Positions 47,455 through 57,944 of a DNA stretch of 64,000 bases are shown one piece after another (position 1 is the stretch's first letter; each line of letters opens with the position of its first letter). Source of the stretch: an uncultured Acidobacteriota bacterium. Lineage in GTDB: Bacteria > Acidobacteriota > Thermoanaerobaculia > Multivoradales > JAHEKO01. The stretch spans positions 1,440,001-1,504,000 of the forward strand of contig CAVQNG010000003.1 in NCBI GenBank assembly GCA_963713825.1, written 5' to 3'. A model generated the notes under the pieces. That model made no database searches. It was not told where the DNA came from and saw only the letters and a list, made by a program, of their open reading frames with translations. Made by a program: the position numbers and the translations under genes.

Positions 47455-47889
47455 TCAGTACCAGAACATGTTGATTTCACGTTGGGTCGGGATGGAGACG
47501 TTCTTGACCTCCATCCCGATCTTTTCTGGAGCTTGTCGCAGCTCATCGAACACGCTGACCATGTAACCGTACTCGGTCATCTCATTGGCGCGGATAATCA
47601 CCGGCTTCATGGGGTTGCGCTCGAGCTTGGGCTTCAAATACTCGAGAATGTTCTCCAGGGGAAGGGGCTTGTTGTCAACCAGCAGGACGCCCCCGGGCTG
47701 GATCTCGATGAGAACGGACTCTTCCTTGTCGACCAACGGGCTGTCGTCCTCTTGCGGTAGCGAGAAGTCGATGCCACGGGTTGCTGCAAAGGTGGTGGTC
47801 ACCATGAAGTAGATGATCAGCAAGAAGGCGATGTCCGCCATCGAGGCGGTGGGGATCTCATCGTTGACCGATCCGCGTTTGAACTTCAT
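47455..47889 (-). CDS. exbD: ExbD/TolR-family protein
   Basis: [17 protein letters not shown]. Confidence 0.9.
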   Translation of the reverse strand: MKFKRGSVNDEIPTASMADIAFLLIIYFMVTTTFAATRGIDFSLPQEDDSPLVDKEESVLIEIQPGGVLLVDNKPLPLENILEYLKPKLERNPMKPVIIRANEMTEYGYMVSVFDELRQAPEKIGMEVKNVSIPTQREINMFWY

Positions 47890-47892
47890 TCG

Positions 47893-48327
47893 TCAGCCCT
47901 CCGCACCGGAGTCAATGGTCTCCTGCTCGGAAAGCAGGTAGATCACTCGTGCCTTGGCTTGCTTGAGAGAATCGATGACACCATCGACGTAGCGATAGGG
48001 CACCGACTGATCTGCCTTGAGCACGAATTCCTTCTGCGGGTCCCGGGCGACAACATCCGCAGCGAAGGAGAGGACGTCCTCGGGATGAACCGGAACGCTG
48101 ATCTCCTCGCCACCGCTCACCCGGATCTGCCCGCTTTCGGTAATCGAGATATAGGCAGCTTTCTTGGGAATCTCCAGCCGGATCGTTGTCTTCGGCAGAA
48201 ACACCTGGGTCTTATCGACCTCGAAGTTGATGGTCACCATGAAGAAGATGATCAACAGGAAGGCGATATCCGCCATTGAAGCGGTTGGGATTCCCTGATT
48301 CTGAACCGATCGGACTCTCAGACGCAT
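47893..48327 (-). CDS. exbD: ExbD/TolR-family protein (second paralog)
   Basis: [24 protein letters not shown]. Confidence 0.9.
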   Translation of the reverse strand: MRLRVRSVQNQGIPTASMADIAFLLIIFFMVTINFEVDKTQVFLPKTTIRLEIPKKAAYISITESGQIRVSGGEEISVPVHPEDVLSFAADVVARDPQKEFVLKADQSVPYRYVDGVIDSLKQAKARVIYLLSEQETIDSGAEG

Positions 48328-48363
48328 GGTTTCGCTTTCCTGACGACGCCTCTATGGCGTCGC

Positions 48364-49059
48364 CTAGCTCCCCGCCGGCTTGGTGGGGGCAACAGGACGC
48401 GCACCGGCCACCGGTTCGGGGCTGATGCCGCTACGTTGCATTTCGCCGAAGGTCTCGATCAACATGTTGGTCGAGATCTCGATATCCCGCACGAACTTGT
48501 TGATCTTGCTCATAAAGAAGTTGTAGGCCAACTGCGCTGGAATCGCGACAGCCAGACCTGCGGCCGTGGTGATCAGAGCCTCTGAGATACCGGCAGCTAC
48601 GAGGCCTGGATTCGACAGGCCGGCCTCGGCCAGTGCGTCGAAGGACTTGATCATTCCCGCCACCGTTCCGAAGAAGCCGAGTAGCGGAGAGACGTTGGCG
48701 ATGGTGGCCAACCAGACCAGGTTGCGCTCGAGCCGACCCATCTCGAAGAGGGCCGCGTTTTCGATCGTCTTTTCGACGTCTTCCTTGGGCTCACCATACT
48801 TCAGCAGGCCAGCCTTCATGATCGAGGGAACTGGACCCCGATAGTCCTCGCAAACCTTGGTGGCATCTTTGATCGACCGGTTGGCGATCAGCGCCTTGCG
48901 GATCTTGGCAAGGAATTCGTTGACGTTGATCTTGGCCTGGCGCAGCGCGATAAAGCGCTCGATGATGAAGACCAAGCCGAGGATCGAGAAAATCAGAAGG
49001 GGCCACATGACTGGTCCGCCTTCTCTGAACAGCTTCATGAAAGTTCCGCCGAATTCCAC
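48364..49059 (-). CDS. exbB: ExbB/TolQ/MotA-family proton channel
   Basis: SPLLGFFGTVAGMI, GISEALITTAAGL; GTG 49059 after GGAGG. Confidence 0.92.
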   Translation of the reverse strand: MEFGGTFMKLFREGGPVMWPLLIFSILGLVFIIERFIALRQAKINVNEFLAKIRKALIANRSIKDATKVCEDYRGPVPSIMKAGLLKYGEPKEDVEKTIENAALFEMGRLERNLVWLATIANVSPLLGFFGTVAGMIKSFDALAEAGLSNPGLVAAGISEALITTAAGLAVAIPAQLAYNFFMSKINKFVRDIEISTNMLIETFGEMQRSGISPEPVAGARPVAPTKPAGS

Positions 49060-49297
49060 GTCATTCCTCCTCTGCCTTGAATTTAGACTCAAACGTACTA
49101 GATTGAGTTCCCGAAAAAAATTCCCCGCGCCGGCGCGACTGGACCCAGAGACGCTGAAGATTGGCTCCGGAACCTCTGGTTGTCAACAGCGAGAGTCTAT
49201 TCCTCGCCGGCCGTGGAGACAAGGACGGGATGCTAGCACAGGGTTTGCTGACCATACAAATTGGGCGGCGGGCCGCCAAGACGGACAATCGCATTGT

Positions 49298-49795
49298 CTA
49301 TTGGTCGCCGCCTGCGAGGCGTTCGAAGCGATTGCGATGGGCGTAGCAAATGGCGATCGCCAGGGCATCCGTTGCATCGGGAGAAAGCTTCCGGGTGTCG
49401 AGCGCCAACAGCACCGAGACCATTCGCGCTACCTGTGTCTTGTCAGCCCGACCGCTACCGGCCACGGCACTCTTGATTTCGGCCGGACTGTACTCGGCGA
49501 TCTCGATGTCACGACTCGCCAGGGTCGCCAGCAAGGCGCCCCGAGCCTCTGCCAAGACCACGAGTGAGCGGCTGTTGAGGCCGTGAAACGGAGTCTCCAA
49601 GACCGCCACAGGCGGGCGGAAGCGATCTAGCAACTCGGTCAACTGGTCGACCAGTGAAGCCAATCGGCGCGGGACCGGATGTTTGGCAGGGCAGGATAGC
49701 CGCCCGAAGTCGACAGGTTCGAGACGGTCTCCGCGCGCCTCGAGAAGGGCGAATCCCGTATGCCGGCTTCCAGGGTCCAGGCCGAGTATCAGCAC
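49298..49795 (-). CDS. ruvC: Holliday junction resolvase
   Basis: ILGLDPGS, YSPAEIKSAVAGSGRADK.QV, DATDALAIA. Confidence 0.94.
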   Translation of the reverse strand: MLILGLDPGSRHTGFALLEARGDRLEPVDFGRLSCPAKHPVPRRLASLVDQLTELLDRFRPPVAVLETPFHGLNSRSLVVLAEARGALLATLASRDIEIAEYSPAEIKSAVAGSGRADKTQVARMVSVLLALDTRKLSPDATDALAIAICYAHRNRFERLAGGDQ

Positions 49796-49811
49796 AACAA
49801 CTCTTACCGGC

Positions 49812-50561
49812 TCAGCTAGCCTGTTCCGCCAACAACGAGGCGTCGATGTCGAAGTTGGCCCAAACATGCTGCACGTCGTCGTTGTCTTCCAGGGCTTCGA
49901 GAAGTTCCAGGAGTCTGGGAGCCTGGTCGGCTCCGAGATCGACGAAGCTCTGTGGCAACATCGCGAGCTCCTTGGCTTCGAGCTCGATGCCGCGTTGCTC
50001 GAGCGCATCGAGCACCGGACTGTAATCCTCCGGTGTTGTGAAGATCTCGTAAGTCTCTTCCTCAATCGAGATGTCGTCGGCTTCCAACTCGAGGGCCAGG
50101 TCCATGAAGCCCTCCTCGCTCATCGTTTGCTTATCGATGGCAAAGTAGCCTCTTTTCTGGAACATCCAAGCAACACAGCCGTTCTCGCCCAGATTGCCAC
50201 CGCTCTTGGAAAAGAGATGGCGCACTTCGGCGACGGTCCTGTTCTTGTTGTCAGTCAATGCCTCGACGAGGATCGCGACGCCGCCAGGGCCGTACCCCTC
50301 ATAGGTGATCTCTTCATAAGTGAAGCCTTCCAATTGACCGCTGCCGCGTTTGATGGCGCGGTCGATATTGTCGTTAGGTACATTGGCAGACTTGGCTTCT
50401 TGGATGGCCGTGCGAAGCCGCGCATTGCCAGTCGGATCACCACCGCCGAGCCGCGCTGCAACGGTGATCTCTTTGAGCAGCTTGGTCCAGAGCTGGCCGC
50501 GCCTGGCATCCGTGACCGCTTTCTTGCGCTTGATCTGAGCCCACTTACTGTGACCGGCCAT
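49812..50561 (-). CDS. yebC: YebC/PmpR family protein
   Basis: MAGHSKWAQIK, YEGYGPGG, TDNKNRT, LEDNDDVQ. Confidence 0.96.
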   Translation of the reverse strand: MAGHSKWAQIKRKKAVTDARRGQLWTKLLKEITVAARLGGGDPTGNARLRTAIQEAKSANVPNDNIDRAIKRGSGQLEGFTYEEITYEGYGPGGVAILVEALTDNKNRTVAEVRHLFSKSGGNLGENGCVAWMFQKRGYFAIDKQTMSEEGFMDLALELEADDISIEEETYEIFTTPEDYSPVLDALEQRGIELEAKELAMLPQSFVDLGADQAPRLLELLEALEDNDDVQHVWANFDIDASLLAEQAS

Positions 50562-50865
50562 GAGTCTCCACTGCCCCCATGAGAGTTGTCGCCTGTGATC
50601 GAGGAGCCAGGCGGTGGGTGGATAGCTCTCGTAAGTTCCGCTGGTCGCGGAATTGCCACCCATTCTAGCTCGAATGACGAGCGCGCCCGGCCGAAAATCG
50701 TCCTCGGGCGGAGATTCTGCGGAGTTCGTGCTCGAGGGCTCCTACGTTGACTGCCAGCGAGCATCGGTGTTAGAAACGAAGCGATTCGCAGTAGGTGATT
50801 GGGAGGCGACCCGGCGGCGCAGGCCTTTCGGGAGGGGGCGAGTCGCGAGGTCACGGAACAGCACC

Positions 50866-51713
50866 ATGCCCTGGTTCAGAAGATCGAAGAAGGCCAAGCC
50901 GACGGCAGAGGCTCGTCCAAGGAGTCAGGTGCCCGAAGGGCTCTGGGTCAAGTGTGACGGCTGTCGCGAAATCATCTACTCGAAGGAATTGGAGCGCAAC
51001 CAACAGATTTGCCCGAAATGCGACTTCCACTTTCGCATCTCTGCGTGGGAGCGGATCGATCTTCTCCTCGACGAGGAGAGCCCCAAGGAGCTCTTCGGCC
51101 GAGTGAGTCCGGTGGACCCTCTCAAGTTCAAGGACACCCAGGCCTACAAAGACCGTGTGAAGCAGTACCAGCGCCGAACAGGTAGCCGTGATGCGGTCGT
51201 GGTGGTGGAGGGGCCCTGGATGGATTGCCGGTGATTGTCGCGGCTCTCGAGTACGCCTTCATGGGCGGTTCGATGGGCTCCGTCGTCGGAGAGAAGATCA
51301 CTCGTGCGGCAGAAGAGGCCGTGAGGCGAGACCGGCCGTTGATCGTGGTCTCGGCGTCCGGTGGTGCGCGGATGCAGGAGGGTGCTCTCTCCTTGATGCA
51401 ATTGGCCAAGATCAGCGCAGCATTGGCGCGCCTGAGTGACGCTCGATTGCCCTATATCTCAATCCTCACAGATCCGACGACGGGGGGAGTGACGGCTTCG
51501 TTCGCCATGCTGGGGGACCTGAATATTGCCGAGCCAGGCGCCTTGATCGGCTTCGCAGGTCCCCGCGTGATCGAACAAACCATCGGTGAGAGCCTGCCCG
51601 ATGGATTCCAACGCAGCGAATTCCTACTACAGCACGGGTTCCTCGACCTCGTGGTCGAGCGCTCGGAAATGAAGTCCACTGTGTCCCGATGTCTGCGGCA
51701 CTTTCAGCACTAG
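50866..51713 (+). CDS. accD: Acetyl-CoA carboxylase carboxyltransferase beta subunit, split by a 1-nt frameshift near 51210-51216
   Basis: Frame 1: GLWVKCDGC...CPKC zinc finger, DPLKFKD; frame 2: [36 protein letters not shown]. One extra base in GGGG/CCC joins them. Confidence 0.92.
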
Positions 51714-51714
51714 C

Positions 51715-53058
51715 GTGAACCTCGATCCCTCGAGCGGCGCATTGTTGAAGCGCCTGGAGCAAGACGGGATTCGGCTCGGTCTGGAGACCACTCGCGAGGT
51801 ACTGTCCAGTCTTGGCAATCCGGAGTCTGGCATTCCTGTAGTGCTGGTGGCTGGAACCAATGGCAAAGGTTCCACTGCAGTACAGCTCGCTTCGATCATC
51901 GCGGCAGCAGGCTACCGAACGGGCCTGTACACGTCGCCTCACCTAGAGAATGTCGAGGAGCGGATTCGAGTCGATGGGGTAGCCGTGTCGGCAGAGATCT
52001 TCGGCGGCGGTCTGGCCCGAGTCGTGGAACGGGCTGAGACGGCTCTGGGACATCTGCCTACATACTTCGAAGCCGTAACGGCAACCGCGTTCCTCATTTT
52101 CGCTGAGCAGAAGGTCGACCTGGCTGTCATCGAGGTCGGGCTGGGAGGCCGGCTGGATGCGACGAATGCCTGTGAGCCACGCCTGTCACTGATCACGGAG
52201 ATTGGCCTGGAGCATCGCCAGTACCTGGGTGAGACCCTCTCGAGTATCGCGCGCGAGAAGGCAGGAATTCTGCGGCAGGGGCGCCCGGCCTGGGCCTGGG
52301 TCGAAAGAGACGAAGCCTGGGAAGCGATTCGCACCGTTGGCAACGAGCTCGGGGCGGACCTACGTAGCGGACCGGAGGCTGTGAAGCTCAGCGAAACTAC
52401 ACAGCTCGGATGGGATGGGCGCGAGATCCAGATGGAGACACCTCTGGACAGCTATCGGGTGCGCTCGCCACTCCTCGGGGCGCATCAGGCCAAGAACTTG
52501 GCGTTGGCGATCCTCGGCGCTGAGAGCCTTCGAGAAATGGGATGGAATCGAATCGATCGCCAGGCTATCGAGCGCGGGGCGGCCCGCACCCGGTGGCCGG
52601 GTCGCTTGGAGAGAGTCGAGTTACCGGGCGGTCGAACGGTGATCCTGGACGTCGCTCACAACGCAGATGGGGCTGCGACTTTGACCGGCTTCCTGAGAGA
52701 GCTCGTCGGGCGATTCGATCTGATGTTCGGTGTGCTGGACGACAAGGAGGTGTCGACCTTTCTACCGGGCCTCGTCCGTGATGCAGGCAGAGTGATCCTG
52801 ACGGCTCCGACTAGTCATCGAGCGCTGCCGGTCGATCGGCTGGCTGGTCTTCTACCGAATCGAGCAGTGGTGAGCGAGCCCGATCCTGTGGCGGCTCTTG
52901 TACACGCACTGGAGGAGGGCGACGACCCCCTGGTCATTTGTGGATCCGTGTACTTGGTTGGCGAGGTGCGGTCGGAGCTCAGGCGACGATTCGGTGTCCC
53001 GCCGCCGGCATCGACCGAGCCCTGTTGGCACCTTCAGGCCGCCGAGTCGAGTTCCTAG
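51715..53058 (+). CDS. folC: Folylpolyglutamate synthase / dihydrofolate synthase
   Basis: VAGTNGKGS, YTSPHL, EVGLGGRLDATN, WPGR, LDVAHN. Confidence 0.95.
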   Translation: MNLDPSSGALLKRLEQDGIRLGLETTREVLSSLGNPESGIPVVLVAGTNGKGSTAVQLASIIAAAGYRTGLYTSPHLENVEERIRVDGVAVSAEIFGGGLARVVERAETALGHLPTYFEAVTATAFLIFAEQKVDLAVIEVGLGGRLDATNACEPRLSLITEIGLEHRQYLGETLSSIAREKAGILRQGRPAWAWVERDEAWEAIRTVGNELGADLRSGPEAVKLSETTQLGWDGREIQMETPLDSYRVRSPLLGAHQAKNLALAILGAESLREMGWNRIDRQAIERGAARTRWPGRLERVELPGGRTVILDVAHNADGAATLTGFLRELVGRFDLMFGVLDDKEVSTFLPGLVRDAGRVILTAPTSHRALPVDRLAGLLPNRAVVSEPDPVAALVHALEEGDDPLVICGSVYLVGEVRSELRRRFGVPPPASTEPCWHLQAAESSS

Positions 53059-53074
53059 CTCCGCAAGTCGGAGA

Positions 53075-54328
53075 TCATTCTACGGGCCCGTAGAGTGGGA
53101 ACCTCGTGCAGAGATCCTGCACTTCGGCCTGCACCTCGCGCTGGACCGACTCTTCCTCTGGCTGTCGGAGCACCCTGGCGATCAGATCGGCAATGGCGCT
53201 CATCTCGACCTCCTTCATTTCGCGAGAGGTCACCGCTGCGGTGCCAATTCTGATGCCTGACGCCACGAGAGGAGGGTTGGGGTCGTAGGGGATGGCGTTC
53301 TTGTTGACCGTGATGGCGGCGGCCTCCAGCGCGACTTGTGCCTGCTTACCTGTCAATCCTGAGACCGAGACATCCAGCAGGAAGAGATGGTTGTCGGTAC
53401 CGCCGGAGACAATTCGGAACTCGTGCTGTGCCAGCCTGTCGGCCATCGCCGAGGCGTTGCAGACCAACTGCCCCTGGTAGAGTTTGAAGCTCTCGCCGAG
53501 AGCCTCTCGCAGGGCAACCGCCTTGGCGGCGATGATGTGCATCAAGGGCCCCCCCTGAATACCAGGAAACACGGCCCTGTCCAACTGCTTGGCGAACTTC
53601 TCCTTGCACAGCACCAGTCCACCTCTGGGACCTCGCAGGGTCTTGTGGGTCGTGGTGGTCACGAAATCGCAGTGCGGCAGTGGTGAGGAATGTAGTCCAG
53701 CCGCCACAAGACCAGCGATATGGGCGATGTCGGCCATGAGCAGAGCGCCAACTCCATCGGCAATGCTCCGAAAGCGTTCGAAATCGATTTCGCGACTATA
53801 GGCGCTGGCGCCACAAATAATCAGCTTTGGCCGGTGTTCCTCGGCCAGTCTTCGCACTTCTTCATAGTCGATCACCTCAGTTTCTCTGTCCACACCATAC
53901 GCCACGACTTCGAAATCCCTGCCGGAATAGGAGAGAGGATGGCCATGCGTCAGATGGCCGCCGCTAGACAAGTCCATCCCCATCAGGGTGTCGCCTGGTT
54001 CCAGGCAGGAGAAGTAGACCGCCATGTTGGCCTGGGTCCCACTGTGGGGCTGTACGTTGACGTGCTCGGCGCCGAAGAGCTTCTTGGCGCGGTCAATTGC
54101 CAGGCGCTCGGCAACGTCGACGTACTCGCAGCCACCGTAGTAGCGACGCCCGGGATAGCCCTCGGCGTATTTGTTCGTCATGACGCTACCAGCAGCTTCG
54201 AGCACCGCTCGGCTGACGAAGTTCTCCGAGGCGATTAACTCGATCGACTGGTTCTGGCGCCGTCGTTCGCCCGCGATAGCTTCGAAGATCTCGGGATCGG
54301 CAGCTTCTAAAGAGCGATAGTCGGACAT
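53075..54328 (-). CDS. glyA: Serine hydroxymethyltransferase
   Basis: [34 protein letters not shown]. Confidence 0.98.
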   Translation of the reverse strand: MSDYRSLEAADPEIFEAIAGERRRQNQSIELIASENFVSRAVLEAAGSVMTNKYAEGYPGRRYYGGCEYVDVAERLAIDRAKKLFGAEHVNVQPHSGTQANMAVYFSCLEPGDTLMGMDLSSGGHLTHGHPLSYSGRDFEVVAYGVDRETEVIDYEEVRRLAEEHRPKLIICGASAYSREIDFERFRSIADGVGALLMADIAHIAGLVAAGLHSSPLPHCDFVTTTTHKTLRGPRGGLVLCKEKFAKQLDRAVFPGIQGGPLMHIIAAKAVALREALGESFKLYQGQLVCNASAMADRLAQHEFRIVSGGTDNHLFLLDVSVSGLTGKQAQVALEAAAITVNKNAIPYDPNPPLVASGIRIGTAAVTSREMKEVEMSAIADLIARVLRQPEEESVQREVQAEVQDLCTRFPLYGPVE

Positions 54329-54421
54329 GGGGATTCTCCTCCCAGACAAGATTGCCGGGCGGCGACGAGTTCTTCAGCTGGGGGCTGGGAGTGCGCGGAA
54401 GCCCTAGTCTCCGCTGTTCGC

Positions 54422-54850
54422 CTATTCGGCTGCCGTTTTCTTGGCGGTTGATTTCGTGGCCGCGGTCTTTTTGGCGGTCGTCTTCTTGGCGGCGGTCTTC
54501 TTTACCGCAGTCTTTTTGGCGGTCGTTTTCTTGGCGGCGGTCTTCTTTACCGCGGTCTTCTTGGCGGTCGTTTTCTTGGCGGCGGTCTTCTTTACCGCGG
54601 CCTTCTTGGCGGTCGTTTTCTTGGCGGCGGTCTTCTTTGCCGCGGCCTTCTTGGCTGGAGCCTTCTTAGCCGCTGTCTTGGTCGCCGTTTGGCTGCCCTC
54701 TACCTCGGCTACAGCCTCTTTCGTAGCGCTCTTCTTGGCAGGCTTTCGCTGCGAGGGCTTGACCTGAGCCAGTCGCTCGCGACGCCGTTGCCTCAGGCGC
54801 TTCTGCCGGCGTTGTCGTCGTCGTTTCAGCTCACGATCTTTTTCCCGCAT
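54422..54850 (-). CDS. Very basic histone-H1-like protein (Arg-rich N-terminus, KKTAA repeats)
   Basis: GGAG RBS; MREKDRELKRRRQRR...; ~16 KK(T/A)xx pentapeptides. Confidence 0.8.
   Translation of the reverse strand: MREKDRELKRRRQRRQKRLRQRRRERLAQVKPSQRKPAKKSATKEAVAEVEGSQTATKTAAKKAPAKKAAAKKTAAKKTTAKKAAVKKTAAKKTTAKKTAVKKTAAKKTTAKKTAVKKTAAKKTTAKKTAATKSTAKKTAAE
54432..54670 (-). repeat. Coding tandem repeat, 15-bp unit with 45-bp higher-order period
   Basis: TTCTTGGCGGCGGTCTTCTTTACCGCGGTCTTCTTGGCGGTCGTT-like blocks at 54483, 54528, 54573, 54618. Confidence 0.9.
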
Positions 54851-54930
54851 TGGATCTCCTCATTTGGCGATTCCGGCTCTCACAGAGCCGTCAGCTTGTC
54901 CGACCTTGAGTTTGCTGTCAAGGTCACTGG

Positions 54931-56502
54931 TCAGATAGGTAGGTTGCCATGCTTCTTGGGCGGTACGCCTTGGCGCTTGCAGCCAAGCTGTCGCAGAGAG
55001 CGGATGATCTCCGCCCTCGTATGTCGAGGCTCGATGACGGCATCGATGAAGCCCCGTTCGGCCGCGACATAAGGGTTGGAGAACTTCTCTCGGTATTCGG
55101 ACACCAACTCGGAACGCAGTCCAGTGGCATTGTCACCGGCCTTTTCGAGATCTCGGCGATACAGGATGTTGACAGCGCCCTCTGGGCCCATGACGGCGAT
55201 CTCCGCGCTGGGGTAGGCGAGGTTGACGTCCGTTCGCAGATGCTTGCTGGACATGACGCAATATGCCCCCCCGTAAGCCTTGCGGGTGATCACGGTAATC
55301 TTGGGAACCGTCGCCTCGGCGAAGGCGTAGAGCAGCTTGGCGCCGTGCTTGATGATGCCACCGAACTCCTGCTGCGTTCCGGGCAGAAATCCGGGAACAT
55401 CCTCGAATGTCACCAGAGGGATGTTGAAAGCATCACAGAAGCGGACGAATCGAGCCCCTTTGAGAGAAGCGTCGATATCCAAAACCCCCGCCAGGTAGGC
55501 CGGTTGATTGGCTACGATCCCGACGCTCTGGTTGGCCAATCTGCCGAAACCGACAACCAGGTTCTTGGCATAGTCGGCTTGCACTTCGAGGAATCTCGCG
55601 TCGTCGACGACGGACGAGATGAGCCGCTTGATGTCGTACGGCCGGTTCGGATCATCGGGGATGAGAGTGTCGAGGGACTCGTCCACCCGGTCCGGGCTGT
55701 CGTTGCTCCTGCCGGGTGGTGGATCCTCCAGATTGTTGCTCGGTAGAAACGAGAGGAGCTCGCGGATGGCCAGCAGGCAAGCCGCGTCATTGGGAACCGT
55801 GAAATGGCAGACGCCGCTCTTCGTGGCGTGAGTCGTGGCGCCACCGAGCTCCTCCTTCGTTACCTCCTCATGCGTTACCGAGCGAATGACATCCGGCCCT
55901 GTAATGAACATGTAGGAGGTGCCCTGAACCATGAAGATGTAATCCGTGATTGCAGGGGAGTAGACGGCTCCACCAGCACACGGACCCATGATGGCGCTGA
56001 TCTGGGGGATGACTCCTGAGGCCAGGGTATTGCGCAGAAAAATGTCGGCGTAGCCACCCAGGGAGGCAACACCTTCCTGGATTCGAGCTCCTCCGGAGTC
56101 GTTGAGGCCGATGACCGGCGCGCCGTTCTCCATGGCGAGGTCCATGATCTTGCAGATCTTCTGGGCATTGGTTTCGGAGAGGGAGCCTCCGAACACCGTG
56201 AAGTCCTGGGCGAAGACATAAACCAGGCGGTTGTCGATGGTCCCATAGCCGCAAACCACTCCATCGCCTGGAACCCTCTGATCCTGCATCTGGAAGTCCT
56301 GGCACCGATGCATGACCAGGGCGTCGACCTCGACGAACGAGCCGGTGTCCAGTAACAACTCCAGCCGTTCGCGGGCTGTGAGTTTGCCGGCCGCATGCTG
56401 TCGCTCGATGCGCTGCTCTCCGCCTCCCAATCGGGCCTTGGCCAATCTCTCTTCGAGCTCCTGGAGCCTCGGACCGTGGGCACTCTGTTTCGTTTCAGCC
56501 AT
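54931..56502 (-). CDS. pccB: Acyl-CoA carboxylase beta subunit (PccB / methylmalonyl-CoA carboxyltransferase type)
   Basis: [54 protein letters not shown]. Confidence 0.88.
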   Translation of the reverse strand: MAETKQSAHGPRLQELEERLAKARLGGGEQRIERQHAAGKLTARERLELLLDTGSFVEVDALVMHRCQDFQMQDQRVPGDGVVCGYGTIDNRLVYVFAQDFTVFGGSLSETNAQKICKIMDLAMENGAPVIGLNDSGGARIQEGVASLGGYADIFLRNTLASGVIPQISAIMGPCAGGAVYSPAITDYIFMVQGTSYMFITGPDVIRSVTHEEVTKEELGGATTHATKSGVCHFTVPNDAACLLAIRELLSFLPSNNLEDPPPGRSNDSPDRVDESLDTLIPDDPNRPYDIKRLISSVVDDARFLEVQADYAKNLVVGFGRLANQSVGIVANQPAYLAGVLDIDASLKGARFVRFCDAFNIPLVTFEDVPGFLPGTQQEFGGIIKHGAKLLYAFAEATVPKITVITRKAYGGAYCVMSSKHLRTDVNLAYPSAEIAVMGPEGAVNILYRRDLEKAGDNATGLRSELVSEYREKFSNPYVAAERGFIDAVIEPRHTRAEIIRSLRQLGCKRQGVPPKKHGNLPI

Positions 56503-56630
56503 CTCTCTGTCCGTCCTCGATTGGTCTCGAATCCTGCTATAGAGGGTTATCTTATCTACAGCCAAGCTACATTTTCGACGATGACCCCGACCAGCGGTTC
56601 TGCCGTGCGGAGCTATGCGACAATTCGGAG

Positions 56631-57944
56631 GTGCCTCTGTCCGGTCTCGATGCCACCGCAGTTGCTCGTTGTCTGTCGCAGATAGCGGATCATGGTGATG
56701 ATCTGGCGGAAGCCTACTTCGAGCGCCTGGAGGAGGTCGAGTACCCAGCGGCCGACGAGGAGCCGGGGATTCGGGTGCGGCGCGAAGAGGGTTTCGCGAT
56801 CCGATTGGTTCGAGATGGACGTTCCTGGTTGGCGGCTCGAGACCAGATCACGACAGGGGCGTTCGGCGAAGCGATGCGGCAGGTCGCCCGTGCCCTGCCT
56901 GCGGCGCCCTATCCCGAGCCAACCTTGGATCCGGCCCCGTTCCCAACGCTCGAAGACACCAGCCGGCTGGCACGATTCCCGACGGCCGTGACGCGCTCGA
57001 TCCGGCGCCAGCTAGCGGCCTTTCCGATGCGGCTCAGAGTCAAGCGGCATCGGCGGTGGCTGCGCGTGATCGGCACTCAGTTGGCGCCCGAGCCGCAGTC
57101 GGAGAGCTTCTACAGCTGTGACGTCGATCTACCCTGGGGGCGGTTCGGAGCGCTGACACCCGATCTGTCGGGGGGCACAGTGGAGCGTTTAGCCACGAGC
57201 CTGACGACGCTCTTCAGGGCACAGGACGCACCCCGAGTCGAGCCCGCGGAGCGCAGTGTGGTGCTCGCCCCCCCGGCCGCCGCCGTCCTTCTGCACGAGG
57301 TGGTAGCACATGCCTTGGAAACCGATACCCTGATGATGGGAGGTCGGGTCGAGTCGGCCCTGGGGCTCCAGCTCGGCGGTCCACTCTTGAATGTCCTGGA
57401 CGATCCTACGAACGCCCCTGAATCAGTTCGCAGGAGCTCCGACGACGAAGGCATGATCGCGGTACGTCGGTGGCTGCTGAGAGACGGGGTCGTCGAACAG
57501 CCACTGGCCGACCTGTTCGCTGCGCACCACTCGAGGGCACTCATGCCGGGCGCCGCACGACGCGGCAATCGACACCGTTCACCGGCGCCTCGTTCGACCC
57601 ATCTCGAGCTTTTGCCGGGAGACTCGTCACTGCATGAGCTGCTGGCCGCGGCTGACCGAGGCCTGTACTTCCCAGAGGTCTCCAGCGGTCGCCTCGATCC
57701 ACTCTCAGGGCGGTTCAGCATCTTCTTGCCCTACGGTAGGCGGATCGAGGGTGGGGCGCTGGGAGAGCTGGTGGGACCGTGTCGATTGAGGGGCACGGTC
57801 TCCGGCCTGTTGGGCGGTATCAACGGCGTAGGCCAAGACGTGGAGTCCGCGGGTGCCGGTTGGTGTGCCAAGAACGGGCTGAAGCTGCCGGTGTGGGCTA
57901 CCACCCCGGCCATAGGGATCGGGTCCGCGGAGGTGAGAGGGTGA
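56631..57944 (+). CDS. TldD-like metalloprotease
   Basis: [11 protein letters not shown] (HExxxH), DDEG, GWCAKNG; shortened N-terminal region. Confidence 0.8.
   Translation: MPLSGLDATAVARCLSQIADHGDDLAEAYFERLEEVEYPAADEEPGIRVRREEGFAIRLVRDGRSWLAARDQITTGAFGEAMRQVARALPAAPYPEPTLDPAPFPTLEDTSRLARFPTAVTRSIRRQLAAFPMRLRVKRHRRWLRVIGTQLAPEPQSESFYSCDVDLPWGRFGALTPDLSGGTVERLATSLTTLFRAQDAPRVEPAERSVVLAPPAAAVLLHEVVAHALETDTLMMGGRVESALGLQLGGPLLNVLDDPTNAPESVRRSSDDEGMIAVRRWLLRDGVVEQPLADLFAAHHSRALMPGAARRGNRHRSPAPRSTHLELLPGDSSLHELLAAADRGLYFPEVSSGRLDPLSGRFSIFLPYGRRIEGGALGELVGPCRLRGTVSGLLGGINGVGQDVESAGAGWCAKNGLKLPVWATTPAIGIGSAEVRG

Noticed and set aside
54329-54421. ZTP or glycine riboswitch upstream of glyA
   Set aside because: Gap is short and lacks the recognisable consensus elements.
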